From Candidatus Bathyarchaeota archaeon (lineage in GTDB: Archaea > Thermoproteota > Bathyarchaeia > Bathyarchaeales > Bathycorpusculaceae), in contig CAWGYA010000008.1 of assembly GCA_963826715.1 (NCBI GenBank), forward strand, positions 1,120,001 to 1,184,000: a DNA stretch of 64,000 nt, written 5' to 3'. This document shows positions 41,689 through 51,162 of this stretch, one piece after another. The notes beneath the pieces were generated by a model that worked only from the letters and a program-made list of their open reading frames with translations, was not told where the DNA came from and did not search any database. Positions within the stretch are counted from its first letter, which is position 1; each line of letters opens with the position of its first letter. The translations under genes were made by a program, and so were the position numbers.

Positions 41689-41828
41689 AAGCGACTCTAT
41701 AGCCTTTTAGCTAAGGTATTCCGCAAACCAAGGTATAGAGGTATGCCGAGAAAAATCTATTCAGGAATATTCGTTTCTAGCAAAGCTTAAATTTCGAGAG
41801 GGAAATATGCTCGATTTAGGGTGTACAA

Positions 41829-42047
41829 TTGGATCGAGCTAGCGCTGTCTTGCTTTTAAGAGAGATCATGCATGATTGCGAATCATTTGTCGGGGCGGAA
41901 GCCGTGGGCCTATCGGAAACCAAAGCAGGGTGGATTCTTAAGGCTAAATGGATTCGCCCACAATCTGAGCGGGACTGCCTAAACGGTATAATGGTCAAGT
42001 ACGGCGCGGTAGTTTCAGAATTAGACGGTTACACGATTATTAGTTAA
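41829..42047 (+). CDS. Small hypothetical protein
   Basis: 72 aa with an upstream TATA-like element; similar to 37775-38017. Confidence 0.6.
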   Translation: MDRASAVLLLREIMHDCESFVGAEAVGLSETKAGWILKAKWIRPQSERDCLNGIMVKYGAVVSELDGYTIIS

Positions 42048-42203
42048 GCATCCGAAATATATCTCGTTTGTCACTTTAAAGCAGGTTCCGCAGGTATCGC
42101 AGATATAGGCTTCGATCTGGAAAAAAGAGTTTTTCAGAGATTTGATTGGTTTGTCTTGGTTTTTTCCGCAGTGTGGGCATTTTTTCAGCAAAACTTGTTT
42201 CAT
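42021..42203 (-). CDS. Small zinc-ribbon protein
   Basis: CPHCGK..KP...LKN....EAY.CDTC...FKVT. Confidence 0.65.
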   Translation of the reverse strand: MKQVLLKKCPHCGKNQDKPIKSLKNSFFQIEAYICDTCGTCFKVTNEIYFGCLTNNRVTV

Positions 42204-42368
42204 TTTTTAAAACAAGATATGATGGGGGAAAATCAATAATAAGATATGTTGTCACTTCAAAGAACCAACAAGGGAAAAACATCCAAGTTTGCCTCTTCAG
42301 CTCTTTTGATTTTGAGAAACTTTTTAACTCTAGCCTGCGCTTTGGGCTTTAGGTCGCTCAGGAAAATC

Positions 42369-42754
42369 TCAAACTCTTCGATTATGCTGCAGGACCTCTA
42401 CCTGTATCTGAGTTTTCACCGTATAGATGCATCGGCACCCAGCGCACTCAAACCTGACTGTGCCTGACCCGACATAGGCGAATCGGCGAACGTTGAGGCA
42501 TCCGCATTCAGGGCAGGTCCCACCGGTGGCTCCTGGATGATTTCCCAGTGCTCCCTCAAATCGAATCGGCACCTGCAGCCCCGACATAGATAAGTCTGTG
42601 TTTTCCCTTTGCGTTTGCCGTTTCGGTAGTTCCTTTGGCTGCCGCACTCCGGGCAGGTTACCTTTGGTCTCACAAAATTACCATTAAGAACATCTTTTGA
42701 AATGATGTTGCCGCAGTGTGGGCAGTTGAATATTGTTTTTTCATGCTTGTTCAC
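42369..42754 (-). pseudogene. Multi-zinc-ribbon (IS1 InsA-like) protein, frameshifted near 42560
   Basis: CPHC and CPECGS..NG....Q.YLCRGC in one frame; second CPECG...FECAGC in the shifted frame. Confidence 0.6.
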
Positions 42755-42808
42755 CTTTTGTCAATGCACAAAAAAAGAGAATTTGGGTGAAATCTCTTTC
42801 AGGGCGCA

Positions 42809-42833
42809 GGTTCAAATCCCTCCCCGCCCGCCA
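42809..42833 (+). repeat. att repeat: tRNA-Arg 3' end
   Basis: GGTTCAAATCCCTCCCCGCCCGCCA identical to 40570-40594. Confidence 0.95.
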
Positions 42834-43151
42834 AGTGATTCGGTTAATAATTTAATCGAATCGAAGAGTAACTCGATGCTTCTCTCTTTGGTTTTTTTTG
42901 TTAATGCTAAAAGCTTTCAGGCACAAGACCTGTCACTTTGAGAGCTTTTGCAAGTAAATTGGGGCTGGGATCCCCTCTTAAACTGACTGAGTAATAGTAG
43001 TCCCACTCCGTTTTGGAGATGAGCCCATAGAGACCTGAACCGCATTCGGTTTAAAACCTAAAAATCTCCATAGAAGGCGCTGCCATGGCTGATTACATAT
43101 CGCCATTAGGAGAAAAATCAAACTTCTGAGCCTATATCTATCTTTGTCTCA

Positions 43152-44210
43152 TCAAGACATAGGACCGGAAGTATTCAGGTTCAGATACTTGGAAGCTAAT
43201 CGCCTCATTGTTTCAAAATGCATACTAATAGCAACCTTGCCCTTATCGGTTATTTGTATGAAGGTGCGGGGTCCTCCGGCGGTTTTGAAGCCTTTGCGTA
43301 CGGTTATGTAGTTAGCATCCGATAGAGCATTAACGCTGTAATTCAAAGAGCTTTTTGAAACCTGAACAACCATCAGGAGGTCTGTAAAAGTGATTTGTTC
43401 AACTCCTAAAAGAGCAAGCATAATTCCAACCCTCGTAAAACTAGATAAAACACCTTCTGAAGCAAATTCGGAAAGACTAACATCATCCTGTTTTCTTGAG
43501 GGTAAGGGATCTGTGCTGAAGCTGTCCTTAGCGCTCAAGACTTGCACGAGCTCCTGTGGTGCTTCAAACGACGATTTGACGCCAGCCAATAGAAACACAA
43601 GAATTAGGGAAACCAAATAGGTCGTTGCATTTATTGCCTGGAAAAAAGAAAGCAGCAGCAACGTTGCAGGAAAAACTGCGACCACCCAATCTTCTATGCG
43701 CCAAGGAAGAACACTGTCCGCAGACTGTTTTGAAAAAACAAGAAAGTAATAAGATAGTACATAACCAACAAATGCAATCAACACTATAGAGCCAAGAACT
43801 GCACTGCCCGTTACTTCAAATATTGCGGCAGCAACTAAAGGCAAAAGAACAAGAGCAGTTCTTGCACTCTCCAAAAGCCTATTTAGTCTATGTCCCTGCT
43901 TTTCATGTTTTAGCTTTTGATCAAAAAGATCCATAACAAGCCTCATTTGGTAAAAACGGCTCATTCCTGCCAAACGAGCAAAAAACAAAATCCCCAAAAC
44001 CAATAGACCCACAGAAACTAGTATAAAATACAAGGACGCGGACAAAGAGACTAAAACGCCCACAAGAATCGGCACTATCGAAAGCAGGGCATAATAAACT
44101 CCAATTCCTCGTCTGGCTCTAAACCGAAAGATTGATAATGCAATATTTTTCGGCTTCTGCTCTTCCTCTTCTAGTAATTTTGCGTTGTTATTCTCGCTCG
44201 CCTTGGTCAT
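43152..44210 (-). CDS. Multi-TM membrane protein fused to a C-terminal winged-HTH regulator
   Basis: About 6 TMs, then R.GIMLAL....ITFTDL....VSKSSL......L....YI.V.K......PRT....TDKG. Confidence 0.8.
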   Translation of the reverse strand: MTKASENNNAKLLEEEEQKPKNIALSIFRFRARRGIGVYYALLSIVPILVGVLVSLSASLYFILVSVGLLVLGILFFARLAGMSRFYQMRLVMDLFDQKLKHEKQGHRLNRLLESARTALVLLPLVAAAIFEVTGSAVLGSIVLIAFVGYVLSYYFLVFSKQSADSVLPWRIEDWVVAVFPATLLLLSFFQAINATTYLVSLILVFLLAGVKSSFEAPQELVQVLSAKDSFSTDPLPSRKQDDVSLSEFASEGVLSSFTRVGIMLALLGVEQITFTDLLMVVQVSKSSLNYSVNALSDANYITVRKGFKTAGGPRTFIQITDKGKVAISMHFETMRRLASKYLNLNTSGPMS

Positions 44211-44263
44211 ACTTGTGGCTAACCTTAGATTTCAAATTATCCAAGATACCTTTAAAGTAATGC

Positions 44264-44280
44264 TGTTCAAAAATTGAACA
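44264..44280. promoter_or_regulatory. Palindromic operator candidate
   Basis: TGTTCAA-AAA-TTGAACA between the divergent wHTH and ABC genes. Confidence 0.55.
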
Positions 44281-44341
44281 ACTGCCCCCCCTTAAATAAA
44301 ACGCGTATTTTCTAATATACAGAACTTAACTTGAATCGCGG

Positions 44342-45271
44342 TTGCTTGATATGATTGAGACTGAGAACCTTACGAGAAAGTTCGGCAACTTGACTGCAGT
44401 TGATAATCTAACTCTTCGCGTGAACAAGGGCGAGGTCTTTGGATTTCTCGGTCCCAACGGGGCAGGAAAAACCACCACGATACGAATGCTTTGCTGCCTA
44501 ATCTCCAAGACCAGCGGCAACGCCAAAGTCGGTGGTTATGAGCTAGGTAAGCCAGAAAATTCTCTAAAGATTAGAAAGATAATTGGGCTTGTCCCTGACA
44601 ATGTGGGTCTATATGAGTCTCTTACTGCCTACGAGAACCTTGACTATTACGGGACATTATACAGGCGAACTGGCTCCCAGCGGAAAGAGAGCAACGAGTA
44701 CTTTCTCAAGTTGCTTGGTCTCTGGGAGAAAAGAGATGCTTTGGCAGGGACATTCTCAAAAGGAATGAAACAGAAACTCGCCATAGCACGAGCACTCGTT
44801 CACGACCCCGAAATACTTTTCATGGACGAACCAACTGCGAACCTTGACCCTGAAGCTGCAAAGGCAGTAAGGGAATTCATTCTTGATTTAAAGAAAGAAA
44901 AGAAGACTATTTTCATCAATACGCACAACCTTGATGAGGCGCAAAGAATCTGTGATAGAATTGGCATCTTGAATGCCAAGTTGATGGCAGTAGGTACTCC
45001 TGAAGAACTTGAACGGTCAATCCGTGGACGAAAAACTGTGATTCAACTTAGAATAGTAAGTGCAGCTATCTTGAATTCGCTGAAGAGACTGCAGGTCAAA
45101 AACTTAGTCAGGGAAGGCAACAAGCTTACAATTGATGTCGTGAATCCCGAGGAGGAGAATCCTGATATGGTAAGTGCGATTGCCGCTGCCGGAGGACGCA
45201 TTGAAACAGTTACGGTGACCAGCAGTTCGCTAGAAGACGCTTACCTAAAACTAGTGAGGGAGAACGCATAA
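44342..45271 (+). CDS. ABC-2 type exporter ATP-binding protein
   Basis: GPNGAGKTT, FSKGMKQ, FMDEPT, NTH. Confidence 0.95.
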   Translation: MLDMIETENLTRKFGNLTAVDNLTLRVNKGEVFGFLGPNGAGKTTTIRMLCCLISKTSGNAKVGGYELGKPENSLKIRKIIGLVPDNVGLYESLTAYENLDYYGTLYRRTGSQRKESNEYFLKLLGLWEKRDALAGTFSKGMKQKLAIARALVHDPEILFMDEPTANLDPEAAKAVREFILDLKKEKKTIFINTHNLDEAQRICDRIGILNAKLMAVGTPEELERSIRGRKTVIQLRIVSAAILNSLKRLQVKNLVREGNKLTIDVVNPEEENPDMVSAIAAAGGRIETVTVTSSSLEDAYLKLVRENA

Positions 45272-46005
45272 TGACCACCTGGATGCCATGGATGATAGCG
45301 CGCAAAGAAATGAAAGTAATAAGCAGAAAGAAAAGCATCGTCGCCTACACCATTATACTTCCTATTCTCCTCTCATTTCTTTTCTCACTCATCGTCAAGA
45401 ACCAAATAATTACGTCCTCGGGGGTTATCTCGAATTATTCGCTGGGTCTTGAATGGCTCATGTACTTCTTTGTTGTTTTGGCAGCTATCTTGCCTAGTTC
45501 GATTGCAGCGTACAGTATTGTGGGGGAGAAAGTGGAGAAGACATTGGAACCGTTACTTGCGACTCCTACATCCGATGATGAGATACTGCTGGGAAAAAGC
45601 ATCGCTGCATTTCTACTGCCTATCATCTCAATCTGGATAGGCGCTTCAATTTTCATGGCAGCAACGGATTTCCTAACTCATAATGTGTTGTCGTTCTATT
45701 ATTTTCCCAATTGGACTTCAGGGGTCATTCTGTTCCTCCTTGCTCCTCTTGGAGCAATATTAAGTATTGAACTATCTGTTATTGTGTCGGCGCGCGTTAA
45801 CGATGTTAGAGGAGCGAACCAGATTGGGAGCCTCATGTTTATTCCGTTCATAGTTTTCTTCCTTGCAGGCGTGGAAGGAATAATACTGTTCAGTATCGAT
45901 AACCTTCTGATTTTCTCTGGCATTTTATTGATCGCTGATGTTGTCCTGTTCTTTTTGAGCAAATCAACATTCAGGCGAGAAGAGATACTGACCGAGTGGA
46001 AGTGA
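45271..46005 (+). CDS. ABC-2 type exporter permease
   Basis: IARKE, SIVGEKVEKTLEPLLATP..ILLGK; 6 TMs. Confidence 0.92.
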   Translation: MTTWMPWMIARKEMKVISRKKSIVAYTIILPILLSFLFSLIVKNQIITSSGVISNYSLGLEWLMYFFVVLAAILPSSIAAYSIVGEKVEKTLEPLLATPTSDDEILLGKSIAAFLLPIISIWIGASIFMAATDFLTHNVLSFYYFPNWTSGVILFLLAPLGAILSIELSVIVSARVNDVRGANQIGSLMFIPFIVFFLAGVEGIILFSIDNLLIFSGILLIADVVLFFLSKSTFRREEILTEWK

Positions 46006-46014
46006 ATATAGGGT

Positions 46015-46830
46015 TTGGCTGCAAGGGCTACAGGAGCGGAACATAAAAGTCGCCTTTATTTTGCAGATTACCTTAGGGCGGCACTCGTAAGCCTTGTAAT
46101 CCTGCATCACATAGCCATTACCTATGGTGCAAGCGGATCTTTCTACTATACAGAACCTGCCACTGACTCGTCTGCCTTAGGAGTGCTGTCGCTTTTTACC
46201 AATTTCAATCAAGCCTAGTTTCTGGGGCTGTTCTTCCTAATTTCAGGATACTTTTCCCCTATTTCATTCAACCACAAGGGTCCCAGACAATTTCTAAAAG
46301 ATAGGTTGATACGACTCGGCACTCCACTGCTTATATTCTTCTTTGTGCTCAACCCAGTTACCGTTTACATCGCTTTTACCCATCTGCCTGCAGCGCAGGT
46401 TGTGGCACAGGGGATTACGTTTCCTGTAGCTTGGACATGGCAGTTTTATGTTCAGGCTGTCGGTACAGGACCTCTTTGGTTTGTCGAGATGCTGTTGATT
46501 TTTGAATGTGCTTATACAATTTGGCGTGTCGCCTCCAAAAAAAGAGAAGCACAAAAAGAAAATGGTTGCCCCTTTCCGTCTTACCGCAAAATCACCGTTT
46601 TCATTTTGCTGTTGGCAGCGGCAAGTTATCTGCTAAGGAGCATTGTGCCAGCCAGTGCACAAGTGCTTGGGTTTCCCTCTTTGTTTGATTTGCCGCAATA
46701 TCTGAGTTTCTTTGTTGTCGGCGCGATAGCTGCACGAGGCGACTGGCTTCGCAAGCTGCCTAGTTCCATGGCGAAGCGAATGTTTGGTATCGCGCTTATC
46801 GCATCTGTAACTCTGCTTGTCATGCAGATA
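46015..46830 (+). pseudogene. Acyltransferase-3 (OpgC/MdoC-like), with internal TAG and truncated 3' end
   Basis: RLYFADYLRA..VILHH; NQA*FLGLFFLISGYF continues in frame to DRLIRLG and GPLWFV; similarity ends around 46830. Confidence 0.8.
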
Positions 46831-46917
46831 CTTAGTCCACCACGTATATTGGACATAGGTGCGAGGCGAAATGATATTAGGAGAAGCTCAGCAAACATTC
46901 TATTGGTGTTTTGGTCC

Positions 46918-47298
46918 ATGAAAAAGAGTTTTGAGTCGATTGATGAATACATATCTTCTTTTCCGAAGAACGTTCAAACTGTTTTAGAACAAATAAGAAA
47001 AGCAATCAAGGAGGTCGCACCCAAAGCGGAAGAGGCAATTAGTTATAACATGCCTGCGTTCAAGCTGAATGGCAATTTAGTCTGGTTTGGAGCCTTCAAA
47101 AATCACATTGGTTTCTATCCGCGGGAATCGGCTATCGAGGAGTTCAAAGAAAAACTGTCAGGTTACGCAGTGAGCAAGGTCCGGGGCACCATCAAATTTC
47201 CATTGGACAAGCCAATGCCATTAGATTTGATAAAGGAAATGGTAAAGTTCAGAGTAAAGGAAAACCTGAAAGAGACAAGCGGTTCCAAATATTCATGA
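46918..47298 (+). CDS. DUF1801 (YdhG-like) protein
   Basis: SIDEYI..FP, AEEAISYNMPAF, FKNHIGFYP, GTIKFP; own ATG at 46918 inside the track ORF 46306-47298. Confidence 0.88.
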   Translation: MKKSFESIDEYISSFPKNVQTVLEQIRKAIKEVAPKAEEAISYNMPAFKLNGNLVWFGAFKNHIGFYPRESAIEEFKEKLSGYAVSKVRGTIKFPLDKPMPLDLIKEMVKFRVKENLKETSGSKYS

Positions 47299-47330
47299 TT
47301 CCAAATTAGACTTGACCAATCTCCATATTA

Positions 47331-47729
47331 CTACCTGTACACCATCTGTGTGATCTGTATTAGATTACCACAGGTGTCATCCAGGACTGCGATGGTAGAA
47401 GGGGTACCCGGTAGCTTTGTTGGCTCTATGGTAAACTTCACGCCAAGCTTTTTCAATCGTTCATACTCTTTTTGAATATCATCCACAATAAAGTTGGTTG
47501 CCCGAATACCCTGCTTGAAAAGAGCTTCTTGGTATGCCTTTGCAGCCGGGTTTTCGTTTGGCTCAAGAACTAACTCGACACCATCCTGGTCTTCAGGCGA
47601 AGTAACAGTCAACCACCTGTATTTTCCTGCTGTTATATCTGCCTTTTTTACAAAACCAAGGGTCTCAGTATAAAACTTTAATGCTTTGCCCTGATCACTA
47701 ACGTATACGCTAGTATATTTAATCCGCAT
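47331..47729 (-). CDS. VOC/glyoxalase family protein
   Basis: SVYVSDQ.KALKFYTETLGF; DDTCGNLIQI. Confidence 0.92.
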   Translation of the reverse strand: MRIKYTSVYVSDQGKALKFYTETLGFVKKADITAGKYRWLTVTSPEDQDGVELVLEPNENPAAKAYQEALFKQGIRATNFIVDDIQKEYERLKKLGVKFTIEPTKLPGTPSTIAVLDDTCGNLIQITQMVYR

Positions 47730-48065
47730 AAAAACACCACTTATAGCTTAACGTTCTTAAAATTAATAATCTTTGCGCTAAGTTATCGGGAAGTCAAGCT
47801 TACCTCACTTAACGCGCTTCAGACGGTTTGGGCTATGTCAGCAATGGCTTCAAAAAAATTTTTGTTGGCAAATTGGAGCTCGGATCCCCCACCCGGCGCC
47901 ATTTTACCAGCTATGGCTGTTTTTGAGCTTATTTTTTCGGGGCAATCTTGCACCGACCGACTCCAACCAAAATGACATCCGTTATCTTGGTTTTAAATGA
48001 CTAAATTATACAAACCAGTGCATTAAAAGCCAGTATTGTAGGAACAGCTGTTATGCTAAAAGTTT

Positions 48066-48818
48066 TCAGAGCTGTGTTTCTTCGCTTAGCATTATAGCGA
48101 GGAGGCGTTTTTCTGCTCTTCTTAAATGCACTGCCAAGGTGGAGCTTGCTAAGCCAAGTTTTGCCGCAAGCTGTTCCACGTTTACCTTTCTGGGTGTATC
48201 AAAATATCCAAGTTTAAACGCTAAGTTGATGGCCTCTCTTTGTTTTTCCGTTAAACGGCTAATAAGTGAGCTGGGAGAGAATCTTGCATCCATAAGCGAG
48301 ATTACTTTATAGCGCAGACCAAAGGTGTTGAATGTCTCAAGTAGTTCTTTGACCTGTCTGCTATCGCCCAGCAAAGTATACCGGAATTTTCCCTCCTTGA
48401 AACTGAACGGGGGTACCGGATACATGATTTTTTTGCTATCTGTTTCTATGCTTGGACTGGGTAGTTTACCTTTAACAAAATAAGTGTATGCGCCTTCTTT
48501 TTCCTTCTCTAAAAGCTGAAGTTTGCCATTGGCAATCTCAAGTATGCTGCTGATAACGTCTTCAACGTTGTCAGAGGAATGTTTGGTTTCAACTTTGATT
48601 ATGGCTGCAAATCCGTCTTGGTCAAACCTGAGAAGATGTTGCATCTCTAACTTCTTGACTTTCTGCAACATCTTAACCGCATTCAACCCTTGCAACTCAG
48701 AAAATGACTGCTGACCTGAAGACTCTGTTGTGGTTTTTCCAAATCTCTTCAGATTTGCCTCTTTCAGATTTCTACCTAAGTCCTTAAGTGATAACTCCAT
48801 AACAAGCTTGCGCAACAT
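48066..48818 (-). CDS. HTH_10 (Bat-like) transcriptional regulator
   Basis: C-terminal LTEKQREAI.LA..LGYFDTPRK....LA..LGLA.STL..HLRRAEK. Confidence 0.9.
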   Translation of the reverse strand: MLRKLVMELSLKDLGRNLKEANLKRFGKTTTESSGQQSFSELQGLNAVKMLQKVKKLEMQHLLRFDQDGFAAIIKVETKHSSDNVEDVISSILEIANGKLQLLEKEKEGAYTYFVKGKLPSPSIETDSKKIMYPVPPFSFKEGKFRYTLLGDSRQVKELLETFNTFGLRYKVISLMDARFSPSSLISRLTEKQREAINLAFKLGYFDTPRKVNVEQLAAKLGLASSTLAVHLRRAEKRLLAIMLSEETQL

Positions 48819-48915
48819 ATACAGTTATAGTTCACGCCTAAATATATCATAAAAGGCGAGCATATTCGCTAAAACCTTAATCTGAAGCCCTGCCATAATA
48901 TGGAGCTAACTGAAG

Positions 48916-49626
48916 TTGAAAAACATGCAACAAAGATTATCACACCATGCAAATCTTGTCAGACTTGGGGCATTGGCTGGCATGCTTGGGTCGGCCTTTT
49001 TCGTAGTAGTATTTACAATTGAAGGTTGGCTGCGCGTTGGTTATAATCCTTTTGCAATGTATGTGAGTGAGCTATCTTTAGGTTCTAGTGGTGGGATCCA
49101 AATTGCAAATTTTATAATTTCTGGTGTTCTATTGCTTGTCTTCGCCTTTGGGGTTGCCGCTGAGTTTAAGGGTGGCAAATCATCTAAATCTGGTCCTATC
49201 CTTCTGGCGGTTATTGGGTTTTGCCTTCTGTTTTCAGGACCTTTTGTTATGGACTCTGCAAGTACCTCATTTGGACAGATGAGTTTGCACGGAATAGTAC
49301 ATCAGCTTTTAGGTGCATTCGTGTTCCTGTTAATGCCAATAAGCTGCTTTGTGTTCTGGCGACGCTTCCGTAGCGACCCCAAATGGCAACCGCTCAAATT
49401 TTGGACCCTCGCCGCGACTATAATCATCGTCGCTGCTGTAATCGTTCTGCGTATTGGTCCTGCAGTGCCACCGGCAGCCCCAAATGCCTTCAACGATTGG
49501 GCTGGTCTAATCCAGCGAGCAGCCCTTATCCCATATATGGTTTGGATATTCACCTTTGCCCTAGCAATCTATAAGAAAACAATCAAGATTCGTCTTCCTA
49601 AAGGTTCGCTCAATGAAAAAAGCTAA
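48916..49626 (+). CDS. DUF998 membrane protein
   Basis: GYNP....VSELSLG, F.MD, HG.VH, GL.QR. Confidence 0.85.
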   Translation: MKNMQQRLSHHANLVRLGALAGMLGSAFFVVVFTIEGWLRVGYNPFAMYVSELSLGSSGGIQIANFIISGVLLLVFAFGVAAEFKGGKSSKSGPILLAVIGFCLLFSGPFVMDSASTSFGQMSLHGIVHQLLGAFVFLLMPISCFVFWRRFRSDPKWQPLKFWTLAATIIIVAAVIVLRIGPAVPPAAPNAFNDWAGLIQRAALIPYMVWIFTFALAIYKKTIKIRLPKGSLNEKS

Positions 49627-49734
49627 AGTTACATTGAGAAAGCATTTTTACGTCCAGTTCATTTTACTAACCTTACTCGATATTTTTAGTGCAAAAATTT
49701 AGTAAACAGAGATTCGCTTAAATAATTAAGCGTG

Positions 49735-49751
49735 TCCCTCCCCGCCCGACA
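49735..49751 (+). repeat. Third, shorter att-like copy of the tRNA-Arg 3' end
   Basis: TCCCTCCCCGCCCG-ACA matches tRNA 40578-40594 at 16 of 17 positions. Confidence 0.65.
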
Positions 49752-49970
49752 CAGATGATATCCGCCCTTTTTGGGGGTTAAAACGTTCGGGTTTATACAA
49801 AACGTGAGGGTTTTGCCACTTGAATTTTTGAACACTTTATTACCGTTAAAATTGCAAACAAACTCAAAATCAGATTCTACAAGTAGGTTAGCTCTGACTT
49901 GTTGTATCCTTTTGCAATCACAGATGTTATTATTCGACCTTTTGGTATTTGTTTGTGGAGAATAAATTAA

Positions 49971-50177
49971 ATGACTGTTGTAAAAATAATTGAGTTAATA
50001 GGGACTTCACCCAATGGGTGGGAAGATGCAACTAAGAATGCTTTGGCGCAAGCGGCAAAGAGTGTTAAAAACATTAAATCAATTTATGTTAAAAGCTGTA
50101 AGGCAAATGTAGAGAATAACCAAATTGTACAATATCGGGCGGTCGTCAAAATAGCATTCGTAGTTGATGGCAGCTAA
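49971..50177 (+). CDS. Dodecin (flavin-binding)
   Basis: KIIELIGTS..GWEDA..NA...A.KS; YR...KIAF. Confidence 0.9.
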   Translation: MTVVKIIELIGTSPNGWEDATKNALAQAAKSVKNIKSIYVKSCKANVENNQIVQYRAVVKIAFVVDGS

Positions 50178-50285
50178 GGCTACTAACTATGCTAATTTTC
50201 TTGTCTTATTCTGTGACTCCTTAGTTTAGTTGAATGCCTCATTCTGTAATTATTTTGCTATTCAGGTTCTGGCTTTTCTGTGGCT

Positions 50286-50480
50286 CTACAAAATCGTTTG
50301 TACTCTGCCGACTTTGCCGTCTGTTAAGCGAACTTTGATTCCATGCGGATGTGTTGGGCTGCTTGTAAGGATTTCTTTGACTATACCCTCGGTTAGCGTG
50401 CCGCTTCGCTGATGCTGTTTTAAAACGATTTTCACTTGAGCGCCTAATTTTATTTGGGCTCTCAGCTGATTAGGTTGCAT
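50286..50480 (-). CDS. YwbE/DUF2196 family protein
   Basis: IVLKQHQRSG.LTEG.VKEILT.SPTHPHGIKVRL.DG.VGRV. Confidence 0.9.
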   Translation of the reverse strand: MQPNQLRAQIKLGAQVKIVLKQHQRSGTLTEGIVKEILTSSPTHPHGIKVRLTDGKVGRVQTIL

Positions 50481-50666
50481 TCTACATGATGGTTACTCCG
50501 CTGCTTATAGTGCATTCGCATGTTTTTGTTTCCACGCCGCAAAAAAGTTGTTTGCAATGATTATTCGTATCTTCAATGCGATAAAATCGAATTAGAAGCC
50601 TTAAAAGGATAAAATGAGAATTAGATGCGGAAGATTTAAGCCTAATCTTTCCAGTTAAGACAAAAA

Positions 50667-50918
50667 GTGTGGTTTGCTATGGTCCATAGAAGAGTTAGAG
50701 GTGGAAAATTCAAGATTAATTATGAAAAGAAGCTGCCTCCTGTTGCTTTGGGTGACGAGTTGGAAGTGAACATAACTGATTTGTGTCCCAATGGTGATGG
50801 GCAGTCTAAAATTAAGGGTTATATTATAATGGTGCCGAAAGCAAAGCCCCGTGATTGTGTGAAAATAAAGTTGGTTCAGGTAGGCGAAAAAGCGGCTGTT
50901 GGCGAAATAATTAGGTAG
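50667..50918 (+). CDS. Single TRAM-domain RNA-binding protein
   Basis: PPV..GDELEV.I......GDG..KI.GY.I.VP.AKP.D.VKI. Confidence 0.85.
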   Translation: MWFAMVHRRVRGGKFKINYEKKLPPVALGDELEVNITDLCPNGDGQSKIKGYIIMVPKAKPRDCVKIKLVQVGEKAAVGEIIR

Positions 50919-51162
50919 CTTTTTAGTCGTTTATTTGTTGGCTATGAATTTGCGGTTACTTTTGCTACAAATGTATTCTTCAATTTCTGAATCGTTTCTG
51001 TGTAGATTAGTTAGTTTGCTGTCTTTGTTTGCGCAATCTTGTCCCTAAGCATTTGTTCATCCACAAAAATTTCAAATTTAGCTTATGACTTTTTCCATTT
51101 CGAAATGTAATTACAAATTTGATATACCCACTGCTTAGTGGGGCTTACAAACCGACTTCAAG

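Larger units (their letters stand above)
40595..42833. mobile_element. Decayed integrative element 1 at tRNA-Arg
   Basis: Bounded by an exact 25-bp repeat (40570-40594 / 42809-42833); contains an integrase remnant and small ORFs. Confidence 0.8.
42834..49751. mobile_element. Probable older integrative element 2, in tandem at tRNA-Arg
   Basis: Ends at a third, shorter att copy (49735-49751); cargo is ABC exporter, VOC, DUF1801, regulators and a pseudogene; no integrase seen. Confidence 0.55.

Noticed and set aside
46216-46218. Pyrrolysine or amber readthrough
   Set aside because: TAG is one change from TGG, the gene is also truncated, and no pyl genes are in the window.
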